Assembly: GCA_965207685.1 (NCBI GenBank)
Contig: OZ242294.1
Coordinates: forward strand, 1,635,229-1,699,228
DNA length: 64,000 bases
Source: Thermodesulfobacteriota bacterium
GTDB taxonomy: Bacteria > Desulfobacterota_D > UBA1144 > Nemesobacterales > Nemesobacteraceae
Reading direction: 5' to 3'
Numbering within the stretch: position 1 is the first letter of the stretch; each line of letters begins with the position of its first letter. Made by a program: the position numbers and the translations under genes. Under the pieces are notes generated by a model. That model searched no databases, had not been told where the DNA came from, and worked only from the letters and a program-made list of their open reading frames with translations. Positions 30,268 through 40,122 of the stretch are shown piece by piece.

Positions 30268-31104
30268 TTGAGGTCGATATTTAAAAGGAAAAGTCTTTTT
30301 CCGGCCGGAGTTCTGCTTTTTCTGCTCCTCCTCGTTGCGTGCGCCAGAGCCCCGATTACCAACAGGACGCAGTTTATACTACTTCCCCAGTCCTTCGAAA
30401 TGCAGCTTGGCGCAAGCGCGTACCTGAACCTGCTTGAGACCGAGAAGATCTCGCGCGATGCAAACTACAACGGGGTCGTGAGGAGGGTCGGGCAGCGCAT
30501 AGCCGCGGTTTCCCACACCCCCAACCTCAGGTGGCGGTACACTGTTTTCGATAACGACAAGCTGGTGAACGCCTTTGCGCTTCCCGGGGGGAAAATCGGG
30601 GTTTACACCGGGATGATGCCCGTTGCCAAAACCGAGGCGGGACTCGCTACCGTGATGGCCCACGAGGTCGCCCACGCGACGGCGCGCCACGGAGGGGAGA
30701 GGCTTACTCTAGGGATTCTGCTCGAGATGGGTTCTGCGGCGCTCGCGTCGGCCATGAAGAAAAAGGACAAAAAGGCCACAAGCAGGGTTCTTGCCGCCTA
30801 CGGAGTGGGGACGGCGCTTGTGGTCGCCCTGCCGTTTTCAAGAAAGCAGGAGGCAGAAGCCGACAGGATAGGTCTCATATACATGGCAAAGGCGGGCTAT
30901 GATCCCCGCGAGGCCATTCCCTTCTGGGAGAGGATGGGGGCTGCGGGACGGGGCTCTCCCCCCGAGTTTCTCTCCACCCACCCCGGGTACAGGACCAGGA
31001 TAAAAAACATCCGCAGGTGGATGCCCGAGGCGCTCGAATACTACGAGGCGAGCCATAAGGCTCCCAACAGGCGCATCGTAATTGCCGAGGGAACCGGACG
31101 CTAG
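30268..31104 (+). CDS. M48-family zinc metallopeptidase, lipoprotein-like signal
   Basis: HEVAHATARH (HExxH) and lipobox-like LVAC. Confidence 0.75.
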   Translation: MRSIFKRKSLFPAGVLLFLLLLVACARAPITNRTQFILLPQSFEMQLGASAYLNLLETEKISRDANYNGVVRRVGQRIAAVSHTPNLRWRYTVFDNDKLVNAFALPGGKIGVYTGMMPVAKTEAGLATVMAHEVAHATARHGGERLTLGILLEMGSAALASAMKKKDKKATSRVLAAYGVGTALVVALPFSRKQEAEADRIGLIYMAKAGYDPREAIPFWERMGAAGRGSPPEFLSTHPGYRTRIKNIRRWMPEALEYYEASHKAPNRRIVIAEGTGR

Positions 31105-31173
31105 CACAGACAAGCGGCTTTTTCCCCGAAGCTTTACCAGTCTTTTCCCCATTCTTTTTTGTTTACCCTTTTT

Positions 31174-31199
31174 TAATTGCTTCTTAACACCCGCTTAAC
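31174..31199 (+). promoter_or_regulatory. Candidate Pho box: three TTAA(T/C) direct repeats at 10/11-bp spacing upstream of pstS
   Basis: tTTAATtgcttCTTAACacccgCTTAAC; the same repeat type is found upstream of the porin. Confidence 0.35.
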
Positions 31200-31266
31200 T
31201 TTTCCGGGTTTTAATTAATGCAACTTGCTTGGTTTGTTTTCCACTATCTTAAGGAGGATTCTCGTA

Positions 31267-32259
31267 ATGAAGAATTTGAGTGTTACATTGTGTTTTACGC
31301 TTTTTGCGATCGTTTGTGCGCTTGCCTTCGGTCCTGTCGCAGGGGCCCAGACGGTCAAGGTCGACCCGGCCATACCTTCCTATACGAAAGCGACGGGTGT
31401 TTCGGGGAACATAGACAGCGTGGGTTCCGACACAATGAACAACCTTATGACGTTCTGGTGCGAGGGATTTGCGAAGTTTTATCCCAACGTTAGATGCCAG
31501 ATAGAGGGCAAGGGTTCAAGCACTGCCCCTCCGGCTCTCATAGCGGGGACTTCCCAGTTCGGACCCATGTCGAGAATGATGAAATCAAAAGAGATTGACG
31601 CCTTCGAAAAGGAAACCGGCTACAAACCGACCGCGGTTCCGACGTCAATCGACGCTCTCGCGGTTTACGTCAACAAGGATAACCCGATCGGGTGTCTTTC
31701 GATAAAGCAGGTCGACGCCATTTTCTCAAAGAACAGAAAGTGCGGCGGCGGTTCCGATATCTCCATCTGGGGGGCGACAGGGCTCGGCGGCGATTGGTCA
31801 GGCAAGCCGATGAGCGTCTATGGGCGAAACTCAGCTTCAGGGACCTACGGTTACTTCAAAAAGAAAGCGCTTTGCAAGGGCGACTACAAGGACACCGTCA
31901 AGGAGCAGCCGGGATCCTCCGCCGTTGTGCAGGGAATTACTGAGGACCTCCAGGGAATCGGCTACAGCGGTATCGGGTACAAAACTTCCGGAGTGAAGGC
32001 GATCGAGCTTGCCAAGACCGCCGAGAAGGGCTGTTTCGGACCCAGCCTCGAGAATGTCGTCGGCAAGAAATATCCGCTCGGAAGGTATCTTTATCTTTAC
32101 GTGAACAAAAAGCCGAACGAGGCACTTGATCCGCTCCGCCTTGAGTTCCTGAAATACGTTCTGAGCCAGGAGGGACAGGAAATAGCAATAAAAGACGGCT
32201 ATCTTCCCTTGACCGCCGGAAAAGTCTCCGAATTAAGAGGGCTTATAAGTGCGAACTAG
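31267..32259 (+). CDS. pstS: Phosphate ABC transporter substrate-binding protein PstS
   Basis: AAGGAGG RBS; signal peptide; PstS-family motifs; heads the pstSCAB-phoU order. Confidence 0.75.
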   Translation: MKNLSVTLCFTLFAIVCALAFGPVAGAQTVKVDPAIPSYTKATGVSGNIDSVGSDTMNNLMTFWCEGFAKFYPNVRCQIEGKGSSTAPPALIAGTSQFGPMSRMMKSKEIDAFEKETGYKPTAVPTSIDALAVYVNKDNPIGCLSIKQVDAIFSKNRKCGGGSDISIWGATGLGGDWSGKPMSVYGRNSASGTYGYFKKKALCKGDYKDTVKEQPGSSAVVQGITEDLQGIGYSGIGYKTSGVKAIELAKTAEKGCFGPSLENVVGKKYPLGRYLYLYVNKKPNEALDPLRLEFLKYVLSQEGQEIAIKDGYLPLTAGKVSELRGLISAN

Positions 32260-32396
32260 GTATACTATTTGCGGCTTCTTACGCCGACGGATCCGGAACT
32301 GTTTCGGATCCTCCTGCGTTCGGTCGTTTACCCCGGGGAGGTCGGATTTTAAGCCGTCTTTTTCACACCTGATGTCCCGGGTGCAAGGTAATTTCA

Positions 32397-34691
32397 TTGT
32401 CAAGCGATAGAACTGACGAGCTTGGAATCGAAGAAAGTTCCAAGCAAAAGCAGATACGGAGAAGAAAGCTCTACGACAGGCTGGCGAGGCACGTGGTGTT
32501 TGTCGGCGGCGCTGGAATCATCTTCTGTATCATAGCGATACTTTTTTTCATAGGGATCGAGACCGTTCCTCTGTGGAAAAGTCCCGGGAAAAAGCTCGAG
32601 AGCGTCTCGGAAATGAAAGATCGTTTTGTTTCCGGGACGGCTGCCGGGCAAGTGCGTATTTTCGACATAGGGGTGGATGAGTATAGGGAGCAGTTTTTCA
32701 CAGTGGACTCCTTGGGGTCGGTACGCTTCTTCACTCTGGAGGAAGAACCCAAACCTCTCAAGACCCACACCATTTCTCACAAGACGGCCGGCTATACCTC
32801 TTTTTATAATGCCATAAGCAATACTTCCTACGCGCTTGCTGACCGGGAAGGTTACGTAAAGCCTTTCGATGTAAGCTTCAGGGTCGAGTTCCGCGAAGGG
32901 ACGGAAAGAACCGTAATATCAAAAGTGACGGAGGGAGAAGCCCTTCGGGTAACGCAAGAACCGATAGAAATCTTCGCCTATCAAAGCTCGCCTGAGACCG
33001 GGGCTCCGGTAGTTGCGGCCTACACGGCTTCAGGGCGTCTCATAACCTACTCGGAAGTTGAGGAGGAAGGGTTTCTGGGAGAGACCGAAACTGAAATCTT
33101 CACGGCCGATCTTACTGCGGAGCTTGGAGGAGACGAGGTCACCGGAGTGCAGGTCGATTCCGAAACCCAGAACCTCTACGTCTCGACGAAGAACGGGAAA
33201 CTTTATCACTGGTCGCTTTCAGATCCCTCTTCTCCGGAACTCAAATCCACGCTTGCGGCTACTGCGGGTCCCGGGGTGGCAGTTACTAAAATAGGGTTCC
33301 TTCTGGGTCACCGTTCCCTCATTGTCGGTGACTCCGCGGGAAACGTGAGCGTGTGGTTTGAGACCACAGGCGGCGGCAAAGGAAGCAAGCTTGCTAAGGT
33401 ACATATTCTGCCCCCGCTTCCAGATGCGGTAGACAAGTTCTCCGCGTCGCAGAGGGGAAGGGGCTTTCTTGCTTCCGACACCTCGGGAAACATATTCCTT
33501 TACCAAGCCACTTCCGCCACGAAGCAGCTTGATTTTCCGGGCCGGGGAAAGCCTTACGCGGGGCTTAGCTTTTCTCCCAAGGCGGACGGGGTGGTGGCCG
33601 TGGATTCCGACATGGAGCTTTCAAGCTACTATCTTGATAATCCGCACCCCGAGACGAATTTCCGCACCCTTTTCGGAAAAACATGGTACGAGGGCTACGA
33701 CAGGCCACGGTATGTGTGGCAGTCAACGGGGGGGACGGACGAGTTCGAACCCAAGTTCAGCCTGACGCCGCTTGCCTACGGAACCCTGAAGGGCGCCATA
33801 TACACGATGATACTTTCGATTCCGCTTGCGGTCCTGGCGGCAATATGCGTTTCGCAGTTTCTCCATCCCTCCATAAGGAACGTGGTGAAGCCTGTGATAG
33901 AGGTAATGGCGGCGCTTCCAAGCGTTGTGCTCGGATTTCTGGCGGGTCTCTGGCTTGCGCCGCTGCTTGAGAAAATTTTCGTCGCGATCTTGGTGATGCC
34001 GTTTATTGTGATCGCACTTACCCTTCTTGTGCTTTTCCTGTGGCACCGTTTTCCGTTTTCGCTTTCGGGGAGATTGCGGGTGGGAGCCGAGCTTTTCACG
34101 CTCGTGGGAGTGATAGGGATTGCCGCTGCGCTTTCCCTGTGGCTTAACGGTCCGCTTGAGAGCATTGTTTTCGCGGGGGACTTTAGGGACTGGTTTTTCA
34201 GGATGTTCGATCTTCGCTACGATCAGAGAAACATGCTGGTCGTGGGATTCGCGATGGGCTTTACAGTGATTCCCATCATATTCACAATCTCTGAAGATGC
34301 ACTCTCGAGCGTTCCAAGGACTCTTTCCGCGGGCTCTCTGGCCCTCGGGGCCAACAAGTGGCAGACGGCCACCAGAATAGTTCTGCCCTCGGCGAGCGCC
34401 GGCATATTCTCGGCCATCATGATAGGTTTCGGAAGGGCCGTGGGAGAGACGATGATCGTGCTCATGGCCACGGGCAACACCCCGGTCATGGACTGGAGCT
34501 TCTTTAACGGTTTCCGGGCTCTTTCGGCCAACATCGCGGTCGAGCTTCCCGAAGCCCCGCACGGGGGAACCCTCTACAGGGTTCTTTTCCTGACGGCGAT
34601 TTTGCTGTTTGCGGTCACCTTTTTGCTTAACACTCTGGCGGAGATTCTAAGCCAGAGACTGAGGAGGAAATACGCGCAGTCCGATGCCTAA
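32397..34691 (+). CDS. pstC: Phosphate ABC transporter permease PstC, long form (about 430-aa periplasmic insert between TM1 and TM2; non-ATG start)
   Basis: Position in the operon; C-terminal 5-TM permease core with an EAA-like loop. Confidence 0.65.
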   Translation: MSSDRTDELGIEESSKQKQIRRRKLYDRLARHVVFVGGAGIIFCIIAILFFIGIETVPLWKSPGKKLESVSEMKDRFVSGTAAGQVRIFDIGVDEYREQFFTVDSLGSVRFFTLEEEPKPLKTHTISHKTAGYTSFYNAISNTSYALADREGYVKPFDVSFRVEFREGTERTVISKVTEGEALRVTQEPIEIFAYQSSPETGAPVVAAYTASGRLITYSEVEEEGFLGETETEIFTADLTAELGGDEVTGVQVDSETQNLYVSTKNGKLYHWSLSDPSSPELKSTLAATAGPGVAVTKIGFLLGHRSLIVGDSAGNVSVWFETTGGGKGSKLAKVHILPPLPDAVDKFSASQRGRGFLASDTSGNIFLYQATSATKQLDFPGRGKPYAGLSFSPKADGVVAVDSDMELSSYYLDNPHPETNFRTLFGKTWYEGYDRPRYVWQSTGGTDEFEPKFSLTPLAYGTLKGAIYTMILSIPLAVLAAICVSQFLHPSIRNVVKPVIEVMAALPSVVLGFLAGLWLAPLLEKIFVAILVMPFIVIALTLLVLFLWHRFPFSLSGRLRVGAELFTLVGVIGIAAALSLWLNGPLESIVFAGDFRDWFFRMFDLRYDQRNMLVVGFAMGFTVIPIIFTISEDALSSVPRTLSAGSLALGANKWQTATRIVLPSASAGIFSAIMIGFGRAVGETMIVLMATGNTPVMDWSFFNGFRALSANIAVELPEAPHGGTLYRVLFLTAILLFAVTFLLNTLAEILSQRLRRKYAQSDA

Positions 34692-36300
34692 ACTCTGGAA
34701 AGCAGGCGACGCCTACATTTGGATATCGGGCCTCGCCCTCATGATCACGCTCGTGATGATAGGGGGACTTCTGTTTCTCATAGCCACAAAGGGTCTGGGT
34801 TCTATGTGGCCGGCGGATATCGGGCGCTACACGCTTAGAGACGGCTCTGTCTACTTGGGGCAGTTTCACGCCAGGGAGTCCGTGCGGGGTAGCGATGGAG
34901 TAAGAGGTTCTGAGTCCCGAGTTAAGCTCAAGATAGGAAACAGGGATCTCTACGGTCTTGACTTCAAATGGATAGACGAGGCGGACATAGCGTCGCGCGA
35001 CTATCCTCGCGACGCCGTGGTTTTGGAACGGCACGAGTGGGGTAATTACCACGGCTACCTAAAGGAGATAAGAAAGAACGGGGTGGTGATCCCGGGCGGG
35101 GATCCTGAGGCTTTCTCCGTGTTTCGGGATCTCATACGCGACTCAAACAAGATACACGCCGAGATACTTAAGATAGAAAAGGGCGAGATAGGAGACATAA
35201 ACTACGGGATTGAAAAGCAGCGTCTTAAGCTCCGCGGCCTTGCGATGCGCGGCGGAGGCGACCCCGTTAAGGAGGCCGAGCATCGCCTGAGAATAAAAGA
35301 ATACGAAGAGCGCTACAAGACGAGCGAGGCGAAGCTCGAAGCGCTCTACTCGGAGCTTAACAGAAACGAGGCGGTGATGATCTCCGCCGGGGGAGACGAG
35401 AAGGTGATCCCGCTTGGGAAGATCGTGCTAGCCTTTCGTCCAAACGACATGGGATTTGCGGAAAAAGCCGGTTTTTACATAAAGAGATTCTGGGGATTTG
35501 TCTCCGATGACCCGAGAGAGGCGAACACCGAGGGCGGAATCTTCCCCGCGATATTCGGCACGGTGCTCATGGTGTTTATCATGAGCATAGTGGTCATGCC
35601 TTTCGGAGTCATAGCGGCGCTTTATCTCCGGGAGTACGCCAGACAGGGAGTGATGGTAAGAATTGTTCGGATATGCGTTAACAATCTGGCCGGGGTCCCC
35701 TCGATAGTGTTCGGAGTTTTCGGGGTGGGATTCTTTCTCTACGGCGTAGGGGGAATAATCGACTCCGTGTTTTTCAAGGAGGCTCTCCCAAGCCCGACTT
35801 TCGGCACGGGAGGAATACTGTGGGCATCGCTTACCCTCGCTCTCCTCACCGTTCCGGTGGTAATAGTCGCGACCGAAGAGGGACTCGCTGCAGTCCCGAG
35901 AAACATAAGGGAGGGGTCGCTTGCACTCGGGGCAACGAAGTTCGAGACCACCTGGAAGGTGGTTATTCCGAGCGCGCTTCCGGCCATACTTACAGGCCTT
36001 ATCCTCGCGGTCGCCCGGGCCACTGGAGAGGTGGCGCCGCTCATGATAACGGGGGTCGTGAAGCTTGCACCTGATCTCCCCATAGACGGGCACTTCCCCT
36101 TTCTTCACCTCGAGAGAAAGTTCATGCATCTCGGGTTCCACATATACGATCTCGGCTTTCAGTCTCCAAACGCCGAGGCAGCAAAACCCATGGTGTTCAT
36201 GACCGCGTTTCTGCTCATACTGATAGTTATTGTGCTTAACATAACGGCGATAATAATAAGAAACAGGCTAAGGAAAAAATACGCGACTTCCGCGGTGTAG
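34684..36300 (+). CDS. pstA: Phosphate ABC transporter permease PstA, long form (about 230-aa periplasmic insert)
   Basis: Eight-base overlap with pstC; permease core at the C-terminus. Confidence 0.65.
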   Translation: MPKLWKAGDAYIWISGLALMITLVMIGGLLFLIATKGLGSMWPADIGRYTLRDGSVYLGQFHARESVRGSDGVRGSESRVKLKIGNRDLYGLDFKWIDEADIASRDYPRDAVVLERHEWGNYHGYLKEIRKNGVVIPGGDPEAFSVFRDLIRDSNKIHAEILKIEKGEIGDINYGIEKQRLKLRGLAMRGGGDPVKEAEHRLRIKEYEERYKTSEAKLEALYSELNRNEAVMISAGGDEKVIPLGKIVLAFRPNDMGFAEKAGFYIKRFWGFVSDDPREANTEGGIFPAIFGTVLMVFIMSIVVMPFGVIAALYLREYARQGVMVRIVRICVNNLAGVPSIVFGVFGVGFFLYGVGGIIDSVFFKEALPSPTFGTGGILWASLTLALLTVPVVIVATEEGLAAVPRNIREGSLALGATKFETTWKVVIPSALPAILTGLILAVARATGEVAPLMITGVVKLAPDLPIDGHFPFLHLERKFMHLGFHIYDLGFQSPNAEAAKPMVFMTAFLLILIVIVLNITAIIIRNRLRKKYATSAV

Positions 36301-36318
36301 TTTAATAGGGTATAAGTA

Positions 36319-37194
36319 GTGGAGGAAGATTTAATGCTGTCTGGAAAACCGATGGAAAAACAGGAGTTCAGAACCCCGGAGACAAACGGCGTTTCCCCAG
36401 CTCCCAAGACCAAGAAACCGAAGAAGGCAAAGCCCGTTCCCGATCCCTTGGTCGAAGTCGAAGGCTTGAGCCTTTTTTACGGCGCAAAGCAGGCTCTTCG
36501 GGACGTCAACATGGATATCCCGAGAAAGCAGGTCACGGCGTTTATAGGCCCTTCGGGCTGTGGTAAATCCACGCTGCTTCGCTGCTTTAACCGCTTAAAC
36601 GACCTCATTGATGACTGCAGAACTGAAGGGGACATATCGATTAACGGCAAAAGCATATTCGATTCCGATGTCGACATCACCGATCTTAGAAAAAGGGTCG
36701 GCATGGTATTTCAGAAATCAAACCCGTTTCCCAAGTCGATCTACGAGAACGTCGCTTACGGGGCCAGGATAGCGGGGATCAAGAAGAAATCCGTTCTTGA
36801 CGATATCGTGGAGAAGAACCTCAAGCGCGCCGCCCTCTGGGATGAGGTAAACGACAGGCTTAATGACAGCGCCATGGGTCTTTCGGGAGGTCAGCAGCAA
36901 AGACTCTGCATCGCGAGGGCAATAGCTGTTGAACCGGACGTGCTTTTGATGGATGAGCCCTGCTCCGCGCTTGATCCCATAGCTACGGCCAAGATAGAGG
37001 ATCTCGTTACGGAACTTAAGAGCAGGTTCACCATAGTGATCGTGACCCACAATATGCAGCAGGCCTCCCGGGTCTCGGATTACACGGCCTTTATGTACAT
37101 AGGAGACATAGTGGAGTTTGACACCACGGAGAAAATATTCCTTAACCCTGCCAAAAAACACACTGAAGACTACGTCTCGGGCAAGTTTGGCTAG
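36319..37194 (+). CDS. pstB: Phosphate ABC transporter ATP-binding protein PstB
   Basis: Walker [10 protein letters not shown], signature LSGGQQQRL, Walker B LLMDEP. Confidence 0.9.
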   Translation: MEEDLMLSGKPMEKQEFRTPETNGVSPAPKTKKPKKAKPVPDPLVEVEGLSLFYGAKQALRDVNMDIPRKQVTAFIGPSGCGKSTLLRCFNRLNDLIDDCRTEGDISINGKSIFDSDVDITDLRKRVGMVFQKSNPFPKSIYENVAYGARIAGIKKKSVLDDIVEKNLKRAALWDEVNDRLNDSAMGLSGGQQQRLCIARAIAVEPDVLLMDEPCSALDPIATAKIEDLVTELKSRFTIVIVTHNMQQASRVSDYTAFMYIGDIVEFDTTEKIFLNPAKKHTEDYVSGKFG

Positions 37195-37218
37195 GCATCT
37201 CCGAAGGAGCAAATACAG

Positions 37219-37884
37219 ATGATAAAGTACCAAGGGGAACTCGTGCTTCTTAACAAGAAACTGCTTGAGATGGCATCCCTTGTCGAAACCATGATTGCCA
37301 AAAGCATAAAGGCCCTTCGCGAAGGCAACATGATTCTTGCTCAGGAGGTCATCAGCACGGACGACCGGGTAAACTCGATGGAGATCGAGATAGACAACCT
37401 CTGCATCAAGATACTGGCTCTTTACCAGCCGGAGGCCACAGATCTGCGGACCGTCACCATGATAATGAAGGTCAACAACGATCTTGAGAGAATAGGGGAC
37501 CACGCCTCGAGCATCTCGAGAATGGCTCTTTTCACGGCGGATCGCCCCCATATAAAGCCGCTTATTGACATTCCCAAGATGGCCGACAAGGCGATGGAGA
37601 TGCTCCGCGAGGCCTTGGATGCGTTTATAAGAAGTGATGAGCAACTCGCTGTTGAGGTCTGTCGCAAAGACGACGAAGTCGATAACTACGAACCCCAGAT
37701 AGTAAGAGAGCTTATAACCTTTGTGATATCGGACCCCTCAACGCTTGACCGGGCGCTTCGCTACATTTACGTCGCGAGGCATCTTGAAAGGGTGGCGGAT
37801 CTTGCGACCAACATAGCCGAGAACGCCTACTACATAGCCACCGGAGAGATGCTTAAGCATCAGCACACTTCGGAGATGAACTGA
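37219..37884 (+). CDS. phoU: Phosphate signalling complex protein PhoU
   Basis: Two PhoU repeats; operon position. Confidence 0.85.
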   Translation: MIKYQGELVLLNKKLLEMASLVETMIAKSIKALREGNMILAQEVISTDDRVNSMEIEIDNLCIKILALYQPEATDLRTVTMIMKVNNDLERIGDHASSISRMALFTADRPHIKPLIDIPKMADKAMEMLREALDAFIRSDEQLAVEVCRKDDEVDNYEPQIVRELITFVISDPSTLDRALRYIYVARHLERVADLATNIAENAYYIATGEMLKHQHTSEMN

Positions 37885-37893
37885 CTGCGGCGT

Positions 37894-39261
37894 TTACTTC
37901 TCAGGTAGCGGAAGCTCGACGGTGAACGTGCTTCCCTCACCTTCCGCGCTTCTCACATCTATGGTTCCCCCGTGCTGTATGACTATGTGCTTCACTATGC
38001 TGAGTCCGAGCCCCGTTCCACCTATCTCTCTTGAGCGGTTTTTATCCACCCTGTAAAACCTCTCGAATATTCTTTCTTGATGTTCCGGGGGGATTCCGAT
38101 TCCGTTGTCCTCAACCTCTATGCGCAAGGTGCCGTTTGGGGCCGAGGCGCGGACCGCAACAGAGCCGTTTTCCGAGGTGTACTTGGCTGAGTTCTCAACG
38201 AGATTGATTAGCATGCGCTCCATGAGAAACCTGTTTGCCCTGTAGGGAGGCATGCCCTCCTCGATTTCAAGTGAGAGGCTGATTCCTTTTTTCGAAAAAA
38301 GCGAGTCAAGCGAACCCACGGAGCGGAGGATCGTTTCCCTGATATCTATCTCTTCGTCTCCTTTCCTCGAATCTTGGGGGTCGGCTTCCCCGCTTTCAAG
38401 CTCAGACAGCACGAGCAGATCTGAAGCTATGGCTATGAGCCTGTCGGTGTTTTCCTCTATTATCTCGAGAAAATGCTTTTTCTCCTCGTCCGTGTCATAG
38501 CTTCTGTCAAGAAGGGTTTCGATGTATCCCTTTATGGACGTAAGCGGGGTTCTGAGTTCATGAGAGACGTTCGCCACGAAATCGGCCTTCATCCGCTCAA
38601 GCTTCTTAAATTCCGTTACGTCAAAAATGACAACCACGATTTCCCTGTAGCGGGGACTTACGCGGACGCTCACGAGATACGATCTTTCCTGGGGGTAAAG
38701 CACGGAGATTTCCTGGGTGGCCGATTTTTTCTTCTGCCGCATGCGGGAGATAAGCCTCTGGAGATCGGGATTTCTCACGGTTTCCATGTAAGGGCGGCCG
38801 ATTGCCGCGTCGTCTATTGCGAACATCTCCTTCGCAGCGTCGTTTACGAGCAACAGATCCTCCTCTCTGGATATCACTATGACTCCTTCCCTCATGGACT
38901 CGATTATGCTTTTGAGCTGGTTTCCTTCCCTCTCGGCTGACTGCATCTGGAGGGAGATTCTCTCCGAGAGCTCGCTTATGGAGATCGATACGCCCGTGTC
39001 GAAATCACTTACCTTGCGGCCCGTCTTACGGGCTTTCTTCTGCTTCTCCGGCAAAAGCTCGAGCGCCTTCGATATTCTTGAGAAGTCCTTCAGAATGTCC
39101 CTTTCGATTATCCACGACAGCACGAATCCGAATGCCGTAAATGCGGCTACGTACACAACGTAACCCAAAGCTCCGTGTCCCGGGGGAAGCAGCATGGCGA
39201 GCAGGGCCGCGGCGGCGGCCAGGCAGAGCAGGTAAAGGAAATGTTTTCTGAATATCTTCAA
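37894..39261 (-). CDS. phoR: Sensor histidine kinase (PhoR-like; TM, PAS, HisKA, HATPase)
   Basis: H-box HELRTPLTSIKGY; N/G1/G2 boxes; four-base overlap with the response regulator. Confidence 0.8.
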   Translation of the reverse strand: MKIFRKHFLYLLCLAAAAALLAMLLPPGHGALGYVVYVAAFTAFGFVLSWIIERDILKDFSRISKALELLPEKQKKARKTGRKVSDFDTGVSISISELSERISLQMQSAEREGNQLKSIIESMREGVIVISREEDLLLVNDAAKEMFAIDDAAIGRPYMETVRNPDLQRLISRMRQKKKSATQEISVLYPQERSYLVSVRVSPRYREIVVVIFDVTEFKKLERMKADFVANVSHELRTPLTSIKGYIETLLDRSYDTDEEKKHFLEIIEENTDRLIAIASDLLVLSELESGEADPQDSRKGDEEIDIRETILRSVGSLDSLFSKKGISLSLEIEEGMPPYRANRFLMERMLINLVENSAKYTSENGSVAVRASAPNGTLRIEVEDNGIGIPPEHQERIFERFYRVDKNRSREIGGTGLGLSIVKHIVIQHGGTIDVRSAEGEGSTFTVELPLPEK

Positions 39262-39956
39262 ACTGTTTGGATCTCTTCTAGCTTGTAACCGATTCCTCTC
39301 ACGGTCTTTATCATCTTGCCGGCGGAACCCAGTTTTTCTCTCAGGTTTTTTATGTGAACGTCTATCGTTCTGTCAAAAACCACCCTCTCGTCTCCCCAGA
39401 GGGTTTTTCTTTTAAGCAATTGATCGCGGGTGAACACTTTTCCCTCCGCTTCTGCGAGAGTCTCAAGTATCCTGAACTCCGTGGTGGTCAGGTCGATTTT
39501 CTGTGAATCGACCGAGACCTCGTAGCTTGCGGGATTTATGCTGAGGGCGCCGATCCGAAGCGTTTCGTCCCCGGGGGTTTTCATCGCGTACCTTCTCAAG
39601 ATGCTTTTCACCCTGGCGACGAGCTCCCTAGTCCGGAAGGGCTTCACTATGTAGTCGTCGGCGCCGAGTTCAAGGCCCACGACGATATCGGCCTCGGTGG
39701 ATTTCGCGGTGATCATGATTATGGGTATTGAGTGCGTTTGGGGCTTGCTTTTTAGGATCCTGCAGAGCTCAAGGCCGTCCATTCCGGGAAGCATGATGTC
39801 AAGCAGCACCAGATCGGGAGGAACGGAATTTATGTAGAGCAGAAAGTCCTTTCCGCTCTGAAAAGGCTTTACCTGGTACCCCTCGCGCTTTAGATGGTGG
39901 GTTATCAGATTGAGTATGTCTTTTTCGTCATCTACTACCGCTATGAGCTTTTCCAT
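39258..39956 (-). CDS. phoB: OmpR/PhoB-family response regulator
   Basis: Receiver domain (VVDDEKDIL...D) plus winged-helix output domain. Confidence 0.8.
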   Translation of the reverse strand: MEKLIAVVDDEKDILNLITHHLKREGYQVKPFQSGKDFLLYINSVPPDLVLLDIMLPGMDGLELCRILKSKPQTHSIPIIMITAKSTEADIVVGLELGADDYIVKPFRTRELVARVKSILRRYAMKTPGDETLRIGALSINPASYEVSVDSQKIDLTTTEFRILETLAEAEGKVFTRDQLLKRKTLWGDERVVFDRTIDVHIKNLREKLGSAGKMIKTVRGIGYKLEEIQTV

Positions 39957-40016
39957 ATGCTTTCCCTGATAATTTACAGAATACAAAAGTGTACATCAAT
40001 TGCCCGGTGCGGACTC

Positions 40017-40054
40017 TTAACGTAGAATTAACGGCTTATTTATTCTGAATTAAT
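40017..40054 (+). promoter_or_regulatory. Candidate tandem Pho boxes: four TTA(A/T)(C/T) repeats at exact 11-bp periodicity (40017, 40028, 40039, 40050) in the divergent phoB/porin region
   Basis: cTTAACgtagaaTTAACggcttaTTTATTctgaaTTAATc. Confidence 0.4.
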
Positions 40055-40122
40055 CATTCAACCATATCATTAGGCCAGAGATCTTAAGGGCAGAGCAATA
40101 ACCACACCAAGGAGGATGTGAG

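Noticed and set aside
33723-34562. 279-aa minus-strand ORF inside pstC, and similar ORFs at 35428-36141, 36718-37644, 58202-59200 and 59300-60406
   Set aside because: These are antisense to strongly supported genes (pstC, pstA, pstB/phoU, gltB) in high-GC sequence, with Arg/Pro-rich low-complexity translations.
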